64,000 bases of DNA. Source: Squalus acanthias. Its lineage: Eukaryota. Numbering within the stretch: the stretch's first letter is position 1; the number at the start of each line of letters is the position of its first letter. Location of the stretch: the NCBI GenBank assembly GCA_030390025.1, contig CM059432.1, positions 78,432,001 to 78,496,000 of the forward strand. The letters run 5' to 3'. Of this stretch, positions 24,419 through 36,584 are shown one piece after another. The notes below the pieces were generated by a model. That model searched no databases. It was not told where the DNA came from and saw only the letters and a program-made list of their open reading frames with translations. A program made the position numbers and the translations under genes.

Positions 24419-27400
24419 ATGGAGAAACTACTCCGACCCACTCGTCTTGATCTGGACCCGAATTCACCTACAACTGCTAAGGTATGGAAACACTGGTATC
24501 GTACCTTCAGCAACTACCTCAGGGCATGTGGTGAGAATGTTCCTGATAAGTTAGAGATACTTGCCAATTATGTATCCCCTTATGTATTTGACTATATCGA
24601 AGACTGTGTAAACTATGACTCCGCTATCCGAATACTACAGCAACTATATGTTAAGGCCCCAAACGAAATTTTTGCTTGGCATCTACTGGCCACAACTCAA
24701 CAACAACCCGGGGTATCACTTGACGAATTCCTTCAAAAGCTTCGCAGGCTCAGCAAAGATTGTAATCTCAAGGCTGTCTCAGCTGAGTAGTACCAGGAGG
24801 AGTTAATTCGTGATTCTTTTATTAATGGAATTGCATCTCCCTTCATACGCTAGCATCTGCTGGAGAATAAAACCCTCGAGTTACAAACTGCCTATGACCA
24901 GGCATATTCTCTGGACTTGGCAAAAAGAAATGCAGATGCCTATCTTTTACCACGTGCACGGACTGCTGCCATCACTTTTAGTGACTCCTCCGATAAGCCT
25001 CAGCTGGAAGCCCTCACTGATGACGACTCTATCCTAGCTGATGACGACCCTACCCTAGCGGCATCTTGGCAATCTAAAAGTAAGTGTTTCTTTTGTGGAG
25101 GTGCATTTCATTATAGGAAATTTTGTCCTGCTCGTAATGCAATCTGCAATCATTGTAGTAAGAAAGGCCACTTCTCGAAAGTATGTCAGTCAAGAGCCTC
25201 TTCTAGGGTTACAGCTGCTCCCTATAAAACTGCTCCTCCCCCAAGAGCCACTACCAATGTTACAGCTGTCATCTATAAAACTGCTCCTCCCCCAAGAGCC
25301 ACTACTAATGTTACAGCTGTCAAGGAGAAAACTGCCCCTCCTCCCATCACAGCTGTTTTTCCCCAAACCCTGTTCCATGCAGCCATGAATGTTTCGGTAA
25401 ATGGACACATTTTGAGTGCATTAATCGACTCATGCAGCTCTGACAGCTTCATCAGTAAGCAGGCTGTCAGTAAGTTAAAACTGCGTATTTACCCCTCGGA
25501 CAGGGAAATTGCAATGGCTCTGACGACACTGACCACTAACTCTTCCGGCTTTTGTCTTGTCGACCTTATTCTCAATGGCCGCATTTATTTCTCCACCCGG
25601 CTCGGGGTGCTCAAAAACCTATGCAGTGATGTGCTCCTGGGACAGGATTTCCAGAAACAACACAAAAGACTCACTTTCGAGTTTGGAGGATCAAAGCCGG
25701 AGCTTACTATTTCCAAAGTACCATTTTGTGCACTTTCGGCGGCTTCGCTCGATGAGCCCTCCTTGTTTGCCAATCTTTCCCCCCGATGTAAGCCCATAGC
25801 CACTAAATCACGACGTTTCAGCCAAGATGATCTATCCTTTATCGAGGCAGAGATCTCTCGCCTTCTAGCTGACGGTATCATTGAGCCATGTTCATCTTCC
25901 TGGCGGGCTCAAGTCGTCGTTGTTAAAAATCCTCTGAAGCAACACAAGAAACGTCTTTGCATCGATTACTCGCAAACTATTAACCAGTATACCGACCTGG
26001 ATGCCTACCCACTACCACGCATCGATGACATGGTCAATAACCTTGCTAACTACAAGGTATTTCCAACTTTTGACTTAAAGAGCGCATAACATCAAGTACC
26101 GTTAAAGGACTCTGACAAAAAAGTATACGGCTTTTGAGGCCAATGGTCGGCTTTACCAGTTTCGTCGCCTTCCATTCGGGGTCACCAATGGGGTAGCCGT
26201 CTTTCAACGGGCAATGGATAGCCTAGTCAAATAGGAGAACTTAACAGACGCTTTTCCATATCTGGATAATATCACCATTGCTGGTCATGACCAGAAGGAG
26301 CATGATGCCAATCTCCAGAAATTTCTTGACGTTCTCCGTCGTCGCAACTTAACCTTAAATGAGTCCAAATCTGTGAAATCAGTACCATCAGTCAACATCC
26401 TTGGTTACTGGGTGGGTAATGGTGTCATCAAACCGGATCCAGAGCGACTTCGTCCGCTTCAGGAGCTCCCTCCTCCTACGAATCTCAGCTCTCTTCGTCG
26501 GGCCCTCGGCATAGAAACATAGAAACATAGAATCTAGGAGCAGGAGTAGGCCATTCGGCCCGTCGAGCCTGCTCCACCATTCAATACGATCATGGCTGAT
26601 CATCCAAATCCAGTACCCTGTCCCTGCTTTAATCCCCACAGTACACATATCCCACCCTACCCCCGTAACCCCACGTATTTAATTCCCCCTAACATATCCC
26701 ATCCTATCCCCATAACCCCACATATTTAATCCCCCCCTAACACTAAGGGTCAATTTATCATAGCCAAATCAACCTAACCCGCACATTTTTGGACTGTGGG
26801 AGGAAACCGGAGCACCCGGAGGAAACCCACGCAGACACGGGGAGAATGTGCAAACTCCACACAGACAGTCACCCGAGGTCAGATTCGAACCCGGGTCCCT
26901 GGCGCTGTGAAGCACCAGTGCTAACCACTATGCCACCGTGTTGCCCATTATGCGAAGTGGCTACCTCACTTTTCCGACAAGATCCAGCCCCTGCTTCACG
27001 CGAAGTCATTTCCGTTGGAGGCGAGGGCTATTTCAGCTTTCGACCTCCTCAAGCAACAACTGGAAAAAGCAGCGCTTCATTCCATCGATGAAAATCTCCC
27101 TTTCATGGTCAAGTGCAATGCATCGGAGGTGGCGATCTCGGCTACCTTGAATCAAGGCGGTCGACCCGTTGCATTTCTGTCTAGAACTTTGCAGGGTAGC
27201 GAGCTCCATTATCCTCCTGTTGAGAAGGAGGCTACGGCTATCATCGAAGCAGTACGTAAATGGAGTCATTTTCTCGCCCGTCGCCATTTCACGCTCATAA
27301 CCGATCAGCGCTCGGTGGCCTTTATGCTGGATAACCGGAAACGCACTAAAATCAAGAATAACAAAATACAGCTCTGGAGGATGGAATTGGCCGCCTTTGG

Positions 27401-28655
27401 CTACACCATCCAGTATCCACCCGGCAAGGAGAATGTGGCCCCGGATACCCTCACGCGTGCATTCTGCTCTTCCATGTCAACTTCGACTCTTGTGGATCTT
27501 CATACTGACTTATGCCATCCTGGCGTTACCCGTATGTTGCACTTTGTGCGATCTAAAACTCTCCCATTTTCTACGGAAGACGTGAAAAGAACATGCTCCA
27601 CTTGTAGAATTTGCGCAGAATTAAAACCGCAATTTTTCCGTCCGTCGGATGGCTCGCTCATACACGCTACACAGCCTATGCAGCGACTCAGCATTGACTT
27701 TAAAGGGCCATTGCCTTCCTCAATGCGAAACACCTACTTGCTTACTATGGTGGACGAATATTCACGCTTTCCCTTTGCTTTCCCCTGTCCCAATATGCTT
27801 ACTTCCACAGTGATCAAATGCCTCGATCAGGTCTTTTCCCTCTGCGGTACGGCCAATTTCATCCAATCTGATCGGGGTCCCTCCTTCATGTCAAGCGAAC
27901 TCAAAAGTTATCTTTCCCAACAGGGAATCGCCACAAGTAAAACGACACCGTATCATCCTATTGGAAACGGACAGGTTGAGAGATACAACGCTATCATTTG
28001 GAATGCTGTTCGTCTTGCACTGAGGTCACGCAATCTCCCAGACCAGCAGTGGGAAACCATGCTCCCTGATGCGTTGCATTCCATCAGGTCTCTTCTTTCT
28101 ACATCCACCAATGTTACTCCTCACGAACGATTCTTCGGGTTCCAGCATCGCTCCACTCATGGGATGTCTCTACAATCATGGTTGGCAGCTCCTGGCTCCG
28201 TGCTGCTCTGAAGATTCGTCCGATCCTCCAAGAGTGATCCCCTCGTCGACAAGGTGGAACTAACGGATGTCAATCCTACATATGCGTACGTGCGGTACCC
28301 TGATGGCCGGGAGTCCACAGTTTCACTTCGGGATCTGGCTCCCTGCCCAACCGGTCCCACGGACCCAATCAATAGAGAGATCCGTATTAACGACGCCGAT
28401 ACTCCGCGCTCCTCCGAGGATGACGCCCTACCTAGGACATCAAGGGATCTGCCAGCTACTCCGCTGGATCAACCCGGGGAACAGAGCGCTCCCTGCGGGA
28501 TGGCCACCCGAAGCCAGGACGCCGGTCAATCACTGGCTACTGAGCAGGATGAAGCCCGCTCTGCACCGGTGGGGACCCGCACCCAGAGCCACGATCTCCC
28601 CAGTCCCCCTCAGGTCGATCAAGGCGATACGGACTTTGCCAGCCCGCCAGTATGA
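24419..28655 (+). pseudogene. Gypsy gag-pol (gag with two Cys/His knuckles, protease, RT, RNase H, integrase); stops, frameshifts and a SINE insertion
   Basis: CFFCGGAFH..C / CNHCSKKGHFSKVC, LIDSCS, RLCIDY, DLKSA, PFG, YLDNI, EKEATAI, TDQRS, HHCC, IDFKGP, QSDRG, GNGQVER. Confidence 0.95.
26509..26946 (-). mobile_element. HE1/V-SINE-type tRNA SINE with CR1-derived tail, inserted in Gypsy pol
   Basis: Minus-strand head CACGGTGGCATAGTGGTTAGC..GGGTTCGAATC, V-domain GTGTGGAGTTTGCACATTCTCCCCGTG..CCGGTTTCCTCCCACAGTCC, CR1 3'UTR and (TATGTTTC)n. Confidence 0.9.
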
Positions 28656-28800
28656 ACCAAGCGACCCAGGGACCAAAACACGGTCCGAGGAGAGGTGCCT
28701 TCCGGCCTCCAATGGAAATCCAAACGACTGCGTCTATTCTTAGTCCGGCTAATTCGGTAGAAGGAAGCCGCCGGACTTCCAATCTTTCAGCCGGGAAGAA

Positions 28801-29018
28801 TGACATGAATCTTGTCATTCATGTATGAAGTAATACTGGGCGGCCTGCTGGTGGCGCTATCCAGGGAGAGTATAAATACTCGGGCATGGGCCCAGCTTGC
28901 TTAGGACATTCCTCAACAGGAACTAGAGAAGGACACAACTAGATCTCCATGTTGAAAAACAGTTGATTAAAGCTTTGTTTAACGCTTAGACCAAGTGCCT
29001 AGTAGTTTTCTTACGTCA
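28801..29018 (+). repeat. 3' LTR (218 bp)
   Basis: Direct repeat of 24135-24352. Confidence 0.97.
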
Positions 29019-30332
29019 CTCACTATTGCTCTGATTTCATCCATTACTAACGCCACCTGACCTCCTTTTCCTTTTTGCCTGTCCTTCCCAAATATCGAAT
29101 ATCCTTGGAAATTCAGCTCCCAGCCTTGGTCACCCTGCAGCCATGTCTCCGGAATCGCAATTATATCGTATCAGTTTACATCTATTTGCGCTGTTAATTC
29201 ATCTACCTTATTATGAATGCTTTGTGCATTCAGATACAGAGCCTTCAGATTTGTCTTTTTAATATTTTTAGACATCTTAACATTTTTTTGTACTATGGCC
29301 CTACTTGTCTTATTACCATTTTTTCTTACCCGGACCCTATTTGATAGTGCAGTCCTTTGTTTGTACGCTCTGTCCCTTCCTGACACAATCTGGTTATCCT
29401 TACCCCAATCACTTTCCTGCATTGCTTCCTTGTCTTTTCTCTTTAGCATTCGAGATTTCTCTCCACCAGGACCCTCCCCCCCCCCCCCCCCTTATTTACT
29501 TTAAAGCCCTATCTGCCTCCCTAGTTATTCGATTCGCTAGAACTCTGGTCCCAGCATGGTTCAGGTGTAGTCCGTCCCAACGGAACAGCTCTCTCTTTCC
29601 CCAATACTCGTGCCAGTGCCCCACGAATCGAAACCCACTTCTCCCACACCAATCTTTGAGCCACGCATTCATCTCCCTGATCCTATTGACCCTATGCCAA
29701 TTTGCTCGTGGCTCTGGTAATAATCCAGAGATTATGACCTTTGTGGTTCTGCTTTTTAATTTAGTCCCTAGCTGCTCAAACTCTCTCAGCAGAACCTCTT
29801 TCTTTGTCCTACCTATGTCGTGGTACCTACGTGGACCACAACAACTGGATCCTCCCCTTCCCACTCCAAGTTCTTCTCCAACCCGGAGGAGATGTCCTTT
29901 ACCCTGGCACCAGGTAGGCAACATAGCCTTCGGGACTCACGCTCCTGGCTGCAGAGAATGGTGTCTATCCCCCTAACTATACTGTTAGGGGGATAAACCC
30001 TAACATTCTATTAGGCACTTTACAGCCTTCTGGACTTAACATCAAGTTCAACAATTTCAGACTATGAATTGGCCCCTGCATTTCTTTATATATTTTTTTC
30101 ACTTCTTTCCTCACATGGTAGCTGTTAATATTGCTGCCATCATCATTCACACATCATCTCGAGCCATCTTTTGTTTCTTAACTTGTCCCATTACCATCTC
30201 CTTTTGCCTTGCACTATCATCCCTTTTGTCAGTCAATCTCTCCTGCCTTCCAGCCTATCACAGACCTTCCCTTTGTTCTTTCCTCCCCTCCTCCCTGCCC
30301 CTGCTTAAAAATCTCTCTTCCCTAACCTTTTC

Positions 30333-30369
30333 CAGTTCTGACGAATGGTTCAACCCGAAACATTGACTG
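30333..30369 (+). ncRNA. Minimal hammerhead ribozyme remnant in the Penelope pseudo-LTR
   Basis: CAGUU-CUGACGA-AUGGUUCAACCC-GAAA-CAUU-GACUG; stem I CAGUU/GACUG; stem III palindrome apparently decayed from ACGU to ACAU. Confidence 0.7.
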
Positions 30370-30641
30370 TTTCTCTCTCCTCGATGCTGCCTGACCTGCT
30401 GAGTGTTTCCAGCACTTTCTGTTGTTATTTCTGCCAAGGTAAGACTCATCTTCACATCTCTCTTACTCTCTAAACAGCCCTGCAACACCAGACTTTAGAC
30501 ACAGCACTAGCAATCCTTCCCTTCCACACTTCCCAAGCCTATTCTTCAATCACAAGGAGACACTACACTACACATCCTTCTGTTTGTACTCACATGCTCA
30601 TCAACTGTCATTGGCCTTACAACTACTTCTCCCTCTTGGCC

Positions 30642-33600
30642 ACAGAGGCGGCGGGCCTGGGTGGAGCGGCTGCGGCGAGGCGGAGCAGATAAAAGAGGCG
30701 GTGGCGACCAGGTAGGCTTACCAATCTGAGCCCCCAGAGCGGGAGAGAGAGAAGTAAAAAATAATCAAAGTGTGACGTCACCAGAAAGCAGGTAAGTGTG
30801 TGGTTGGTGAGTATTTCTCTTTTTCTCCATTTTCCAAACTTAAATTTTTTGGTTTATAGTTTCTAGGGTCTCTGTGGTGTAGCGGGGACAGTTGGTAAAC
30901 AAGGGCCCTATATCATTTAATTATAGTATAATTGGTGGGATTGATTTGATATAATTTAAGTTCAATTAATTAAAGGGTAAGTCATGGCAGCACAGCTCGG
31001 CGCTGTGCTATGCTCCTCCTGCGCTATGTGGGAAATCGGGGACACTTCCTGTGTCCCTGACGACCATGTGTGCGGGAAGTGTATCCAGCTGCAGCTACTG
31101 GCAGACCGCATTGCGGCGCTGGAGCTGCGAATGGATGCATACTGGAGCATTCGCGATGCTGAGGACCTCGTGGATAGCACGTTTAACCAGTTGGTCACAC
31201 TGCAGGTAAAGGCTGCACAGGCAGAAAGAGAATGGGTGACCACCAGGCAGAGTAGTAGGCGCAGGCAGGTAGTGCAGGAGTCCCCTGTGGACATCCCCCT
31301 CTCAAACAGATATACCGCTTTGTAAGTGGGCAGAGATTTGGCAGATGGAATACAACACTGGAAAGTGTGAGGTGATGCACTTTGGCAGGAAAAATCCTAG
31401 AGCAATTTATTATCTTAATGGCAAGAAACTGGAGAGTACTGAAGTGCAAAGGGATCTGGGGGTCCTGGTGCACGAAACTCAAAAGGTTAGTATGCAGGTG
31501 CAGCAAGTGATTAAGAAGGCAAATGGAATGTTGGCTTTCATTGCTAGGGGGATAGAATATAAAAATAGGGAGGTATTGCTTCAGTTGTACAAGGTATTGG
31601 TGAGACCGCACCTGGAATACTGCATACAGTTTTGGTGTCCTTACTTAAGGAAAGACATCCTTGCTCTCGAGGCAGTGCAAAAAAGGTTCACTCGGTTAAT
31701 CCCGGGGATGAGGGGGCGGTCATATGAGGAGAGGTTGGGTAGATTGGGACTCTACTCATTGGAGTTCAGAAGAATGAGAGGCGATCTTATTGAAACATAT
31801 AAGATTGTGAAGGGGTTGGATCGGGTGGATGCGGGGAGGATGTTCCCGATGACGGGTGAGACGAGAACTAGGGGACATAGTCTTAGAATAAGGGGCTGCT
31901 CTTTCAAAACTGAGATGAGGAGGAACTACTTCACTCAGAGGGTGGTAGGTCCATGGAATATGCTGCCACAAAAAGCTGTAGAAGCTACAACATTAATTAA
32001 ATTTAAAACAGAAATAGACAGTTTCCTAGAAGTAAAGGGCATTAAGGGTTACGGGGAGCGGGCAGGAATTTGGACATGAGTCTAGGTTCGGATCGGTCAT
32101 GGCCCTGTGGTTAGTGGAGCGGGCCCAGGGACTGTGTAGCCTGATTCTGCTCCTATTTCGTGTGTGCAATTCTGGTAGATGCAGGAGATGGTTCTGTGAT
32201 AGATTGTAGATTGGCGGTTAGGATCAGATCAGCCATGATCTTATTGAATGGCGGAGCAGGCTCGAGGGGCCGATTGGCCTACTCCTGCTCCTATTTCTTA
32301 TGTTCTTATGTTCTTATACTGTTGAGAGGGATGGCTTATCAGGGGAAGGCAGCAGCAGCCAAATTCCTGGCACCAGGGGTGGTTCTGCTGCACAGGACGG
32401 GAGGAAAAAGAGGGGTAGAGCTATAGTGATAGGGGATTCTATTGTACGGGGAATGGATAGGCGTTTCTGCGGCCGCAAACGAGACTCCAGGATGGTGTGT
32501 TGCCTCCCTGGTGCAAGGGTCAAGGATGTCTCAGAGCGGCTGCAAAACATTTTGGAAGAGGAGAGTGAACAGCCAGTTGCCGTGGTGCATATAGGTACCA
32601 ACGATATAGGTAAAAAACGGGATGAGGTCCTAAAAGCTGAATATAGGGAGTTAGGAGATAAATTAAAAAATAGGACCTCAAAGGTAGTAATCTCAGGATT
32701 ACTACCAGTGCCACGTGCTAATCAGAGTAGAAATAGAAGGATATTTCAGATGAATACGTGGCTAGAGGAATGGTGCAAGGGGGAGGGATTCAAATTCCTG
32801 GGACATTGGAACCGGTTCTGGGGGAGGTGGGACCAGTACAAATCGGACGGTTTGCCACCTGGGCAGGACCGGGACCGATGTCCTTGGGGGAGTGTTTGCT
32901 AGTCCTCTGGGGGGGGGGCTTAAACTAAAATGGCAGGGGGTTGGGAACCTGAGCAGGGAGACAGAGGAAAGGGAAACAAAAATAGAAGCAAAAGTCAGGA
33001 AGGAAAAAAACAAAGGTGTCAGTCAGAGAAATCAAGGGTTAAAATCAAACGTGGCCACAGTAAAAAAAAATTCTAAAAGGTCTAAGAGCGTTAAAAAAAC
33101 AAGCCTGAAGGCTTTGTGTCTTAATGCGAGGAGCATTCGTAATAAGGTGGATGAATTAGCTGCGCAAATAGAGGTAAACGAATATGATATGATTGGGATT
33201 ATGGAAACATGGCTCCAGGGTGACCAAGGCTGGGAACTCAACATACAGGGGTATTCAATATTCAGGAAAGATAGGCAAAAAGGAAAAGGAGATGGGGTAG
33301 CATTGCTGGTTAAAGAGGGGATTAACACAATTGTAAGGAAGGATATTAGCTCTGATGATGTGGAATCTGTATGGGTAGAACTGAGAAATATCAAGGGGCT
33401 GAAAACGCTAGTGGGAGTAGTGTATAGACCCCCAAACAGTAATATGGAGGTTGGGGATGGCATTAAAAGGGAAATTAGAGAAGCGTGCAATAAGAGCACA
33501 GCAGTTATCATGGGCGACTTTAATCTACATATAGATTGGGCTAACCAAATTAGTAACAATACTGTGGAGGTGGAATTCCTGGAGTGTATTTCCTGGACCA

Positions 33601-35977
33601 ATATGTCGAGGAACCAACTAGAGATCAGGCCATCTTAGACTGGGTATTATGTAATGAGAAAGGATTAATTAGCAATCTTGTTGTGCGAGGCCCCTTGGGT
33701 CGGAGCGATCATAATATGATCGATTTCTTCATTAAGATGGAGAGTGAAGTAGTTGACTCAGAGACTAGGGTCCTGAATTTAAATAAAGGAAACTACGATG
33801 GTATGAGGCGCGAGTTGGGTAGGATTGATTGGGGAATATCACTCAAAGTGTTGACGGTGGAGAGGCAATGGCAAGCATTCAAAGATCGCATGAATGAACT
33901 ACAGAATTTGTTCATCCCAGTTTGGCATAAAAATAAAACAAAAAAGGTGACTCAACCGTGGCTAACAAAGGAAATTAGGGACAGCATAAGATCCAAGGAA
34001 AGGACATATAAATTGGCCAGAAAAAGCAGAAAACCTGAGGATTGGGAGCAGTATAGGATTCAGCAAAGAAGGACAAAGGGATTAATTAAGAGGGGGAAAA
34101 TAGAGTATGAGAGTAAGCTTGCGAGGAACATAAAAACTGACTGTAAAAGCTTTTATAGATATCTGAAGAGAAAAAGATTGGTGAAGTCAAGCGTAGGTCC
34201 CTTGCAGTCAGAATCAGGGGAATTTATAATGGGGAACAAAGAAATGGCAGACCAATTAAATACATACTTTGGTTCTGTCTTCACAAAGGAGGACACAAAT
34301 AACCTCCCAGAGATGTCGGGGAACATAGGGTCTAATGAGAAGGAGGAACTGAAAGAAATCAGTATTTGTAGGGAAATAGTGTTAGGGAAATTGACGGGAT
34401 TGAAGGCCGATAAATCCCCAGGGCCTGATAATCTACATCCTAGGGAACTTAAGGAAGTGGCCCTAGAAATAGTAGATGCATTGCTGGTCATCTTCCAAAA
34501 TTCTATAGACTCTGGAACAGTACCCATGGATTGGAGGGTAGCTAATGTTACCCCACTATTCAAAAAAGGTAGTAGAGAGAAAACAGGGAATTATAGACCA
34601 GTAAGCCGGACATCGGTAGTGGGGAAAATGCTAGAGTCCATTATAAAAGATGTAATAGCAGAGCACTTGGAAAACAGTGACAGGATCGGACAAAGTCAAC
34701 ATGGATTTACAAAAGGCAAATCGTGCTTGACTAATCTACTGGAATTTTTTGAGGATGTAACTGGTAAAATGGATAAGGGAGAACCAGTGGATGTGGTGTA
34801 TTTGGACTTTCAGAAGGCTTTTGATAAGGTCCCGCATAAGAGATTAGCGTGTAAAGTTAAGGCACATGGGATTGGGGGCAAGGTATTGACTTGGATAGAG
34901 AACTGGTTGGCAGACAGAAAGCAAAGAGTTGGAATAAATGGGTCTTTTTCCGAGTGGCAGGCGGTGACTAGTGGGGTACTGCAGGGATCGGTCCTAGGAC
35001 CCCAGCTATTCACAATATATATTAATGATCTGGACGATGGAATTGGATGTAATATCTCCAAGTTTGCAGACGACACAAAGCTGGGTGGGAGTGTGTGCCA
35101 TGAGGAGGATGCCGAGAATCTCCAGTATGATTTGGACAGGTTGGGTGATTGGGCAGAAGCATGGCAGATGCAATATAATGTGGATAAATGCGAGGTTATC
35201 CACTTTGGTGTCAAAAACAGGAAGGCAGATTATTATCTGTATGGCAATAGATTGGGAGAAGGGGAAGTGCAACGAGACCTGGGTGTCCTTGTGCACCAAT
35301 CTGAAGGTAAGCATGCAGGTGCAGCAGGCGGTTAAGAAGGCAAATGGTATGTTGGCCTTCGTAGCGAAAGGGTTCGAGTACAGGAACAAGGATGTCTTGC
35401 TGCAGTTGTACAGGGCCTTGGTGAGACCACATCTTGAGTATTGTGTGCCGTTTTGGTCGCCTTATGGAGGGAGTGCAGCGAAGATTCACCAGGCTGATAC
35501 CCGGGATGGCAGGAATGGCGTATGAGGAGAGATTGTGTCGATTGGGGTTATACTCACTGGAATATAGATGAATGAGAGGGGATCTCATTGAAACTTATAA
35601 AATTCTAACAGGACTAGACAGACTAGATGCAGGAAGGATGTTCCTGATGGCCGGGGAGTCCAGAACCAGGGGTCAGAGTCTAAGGATAAGGGGTAAGCCA
35701 TTTAGGACTGAGATGAGGAGGAATTTCTTCACCCAGAGAGTGGTGAACCTGTGGAATTCTCTACCACAGAAGGCAGTAGAGGCCAATTCATTAAATATAT
35801 TCAAGAAGGAGTTAGATATATTTCTTAAAACTAAAGGGATCAAGGGATATGGAGAGAAGGCAGGGACAGGGTACTGAATTTGGATGATCAGCCTTGATCT
35901 CATTGAATGGCGGAGCAGGCTCGAGGGGCTGAATGGCCTACTCCTGCTCCTATCTTCTATGTTTCTATGTTTCTATG
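30642..35977 (+). mobile_element. Near full-length CR1 LINE (GC-rich 5'UTR, ORF1 zinc finger/leucine zipper plus esterase, ORF2 EN-RT), decayed
   Basis: ORF1 from 30984 CSSC..CGKC..LQLLADRIAALEL, GDSIVRG/GTND esterase, ORF2 LNARSIRNK..SKFADDTKL..WNSLP, (TATGTTTC)n tail. Confidence 0.95.
31322..32315 (+). mobile_element. 5'-truncated CR1 inserted in ORF1 of the previous CR1
   Basis: ORF2 C-terminus 31345-32079 and its own (TATGTTCT)n tail; host ORF1 NRYTAL resumes as TVERDGLSGE. Confidence 0.93.
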
Positions 35978-36442
35978 TGCTGCTTCTTCCTCTCATCATG
36001 CACAATATGCGAACCTGACTCATACACCTTCAGTAGGGCACACAATAACCCAGTCACACTCTTCTTGCAGGAGAAGCTGGTGAGTAAGATTTCAAAATGG
36101 TTTATCATTTTACTGGCTCACACAAGTGCCTTCATAGGAATTATCACCTTTGTGTGAGTCTATAATACCTTTCTAAAGCACTCTCTTACCTCCTCTACTG
36201 CTCGAATGAGGTGCTCCCCCAGTGCCTTCGGCATGGAGTATGGCAGGCTGCTGTGAATAGGAGGAGATCACGCTACATTGTAACCTCTGACACCAATGAA
36301 GGACACGGCCATCAATATCATTGGTAGGGAGAGGGCACGCAGAATTGGAGATGGCAGGGCTGAGGGCCACGCACAGCAGGGTATTTGGGCATTTTTCCTT
36401 CGTTTTCTCTTTCTATTTAACTCTCTCTCAAGCACAGAGGGA

Positions 36443-36510
36443 CGCACATGCACACACATGCTCACACACATGCGCACACACACACGTACACGCATGAATA
36501 CATGTGCACA
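36443..36510. repeat. Imperfect (CA)n microsatellite
   Basis: CGCACATGCACACACATGCTCACACACATGCGCACACACACACG. Confidence 0.8.
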
Positions 36511-36584
36511 CTTGATTTATTCCCTCCTGCTGTTTTTCCCAAAGTCCATCACCATAATGATGTTAACGTTTGAGGGGGAGACAG

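Larger units (their letters stand above)
24135..29018 (+). mobile_element. Full-length Gypsy/Ty3 LTR retrotransposon (decayed)
   Basis: Two 218-bp LTRs (TGAC..GTCA), 5-bp TSD CTCAC (24130-24134, 29019-29023), PPT GGGAAGAA before the 3' LTR, gag-PR-RT-RH-IN order. Confidence 0.97.
21905..29985 (-). mobile_element. CR1 LINE (pieces 21905-24134 and 29019-29985), ORF1 esterase part plus ORF2 EN-RT, interrupted by Gypsy
   Basis: SGNH-type DGLHLNHAG ORF1, LYLNAQSIHNK APE start, GDFN/SDH EN motifs, RT motifs with an internal deletion (SKFA joined to IEGVQRRF), (TATGTTTC)n tail at 21905. Confidence 0.95.
21635..30430 (+). mobile_element. 5'-truncated Penelope-like element (pieces 21635-21907 and ~30006-30430) split by a CR1
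   Basis: GIY-YIG NLVYCIRCSRCGLLYIGETKRRLGDRFAEH..EEQHLI resumes as LLGTLQPSGLNIKFNNFRL-stop at ~30008; 10-bp TSD CTGCCAAGGT at 21625-21634 and 30431-30440. Confidence 0.9.

Noticed and set aside
28254..28743. env-like or extra ORF after the Gypsy integrase
   Set aside because: It continues the integrase C-terminus past a stop (AYVRYPDGRESTVSLRDLAP plus a low-complexity tail); no signal peptide or transmembrane segment.
32300..32902. Stand-alone SGNH/GDSL esterase gene (also 29496-29924)
   Set aside because: This is the known esterase domain of CR1 ORF1.
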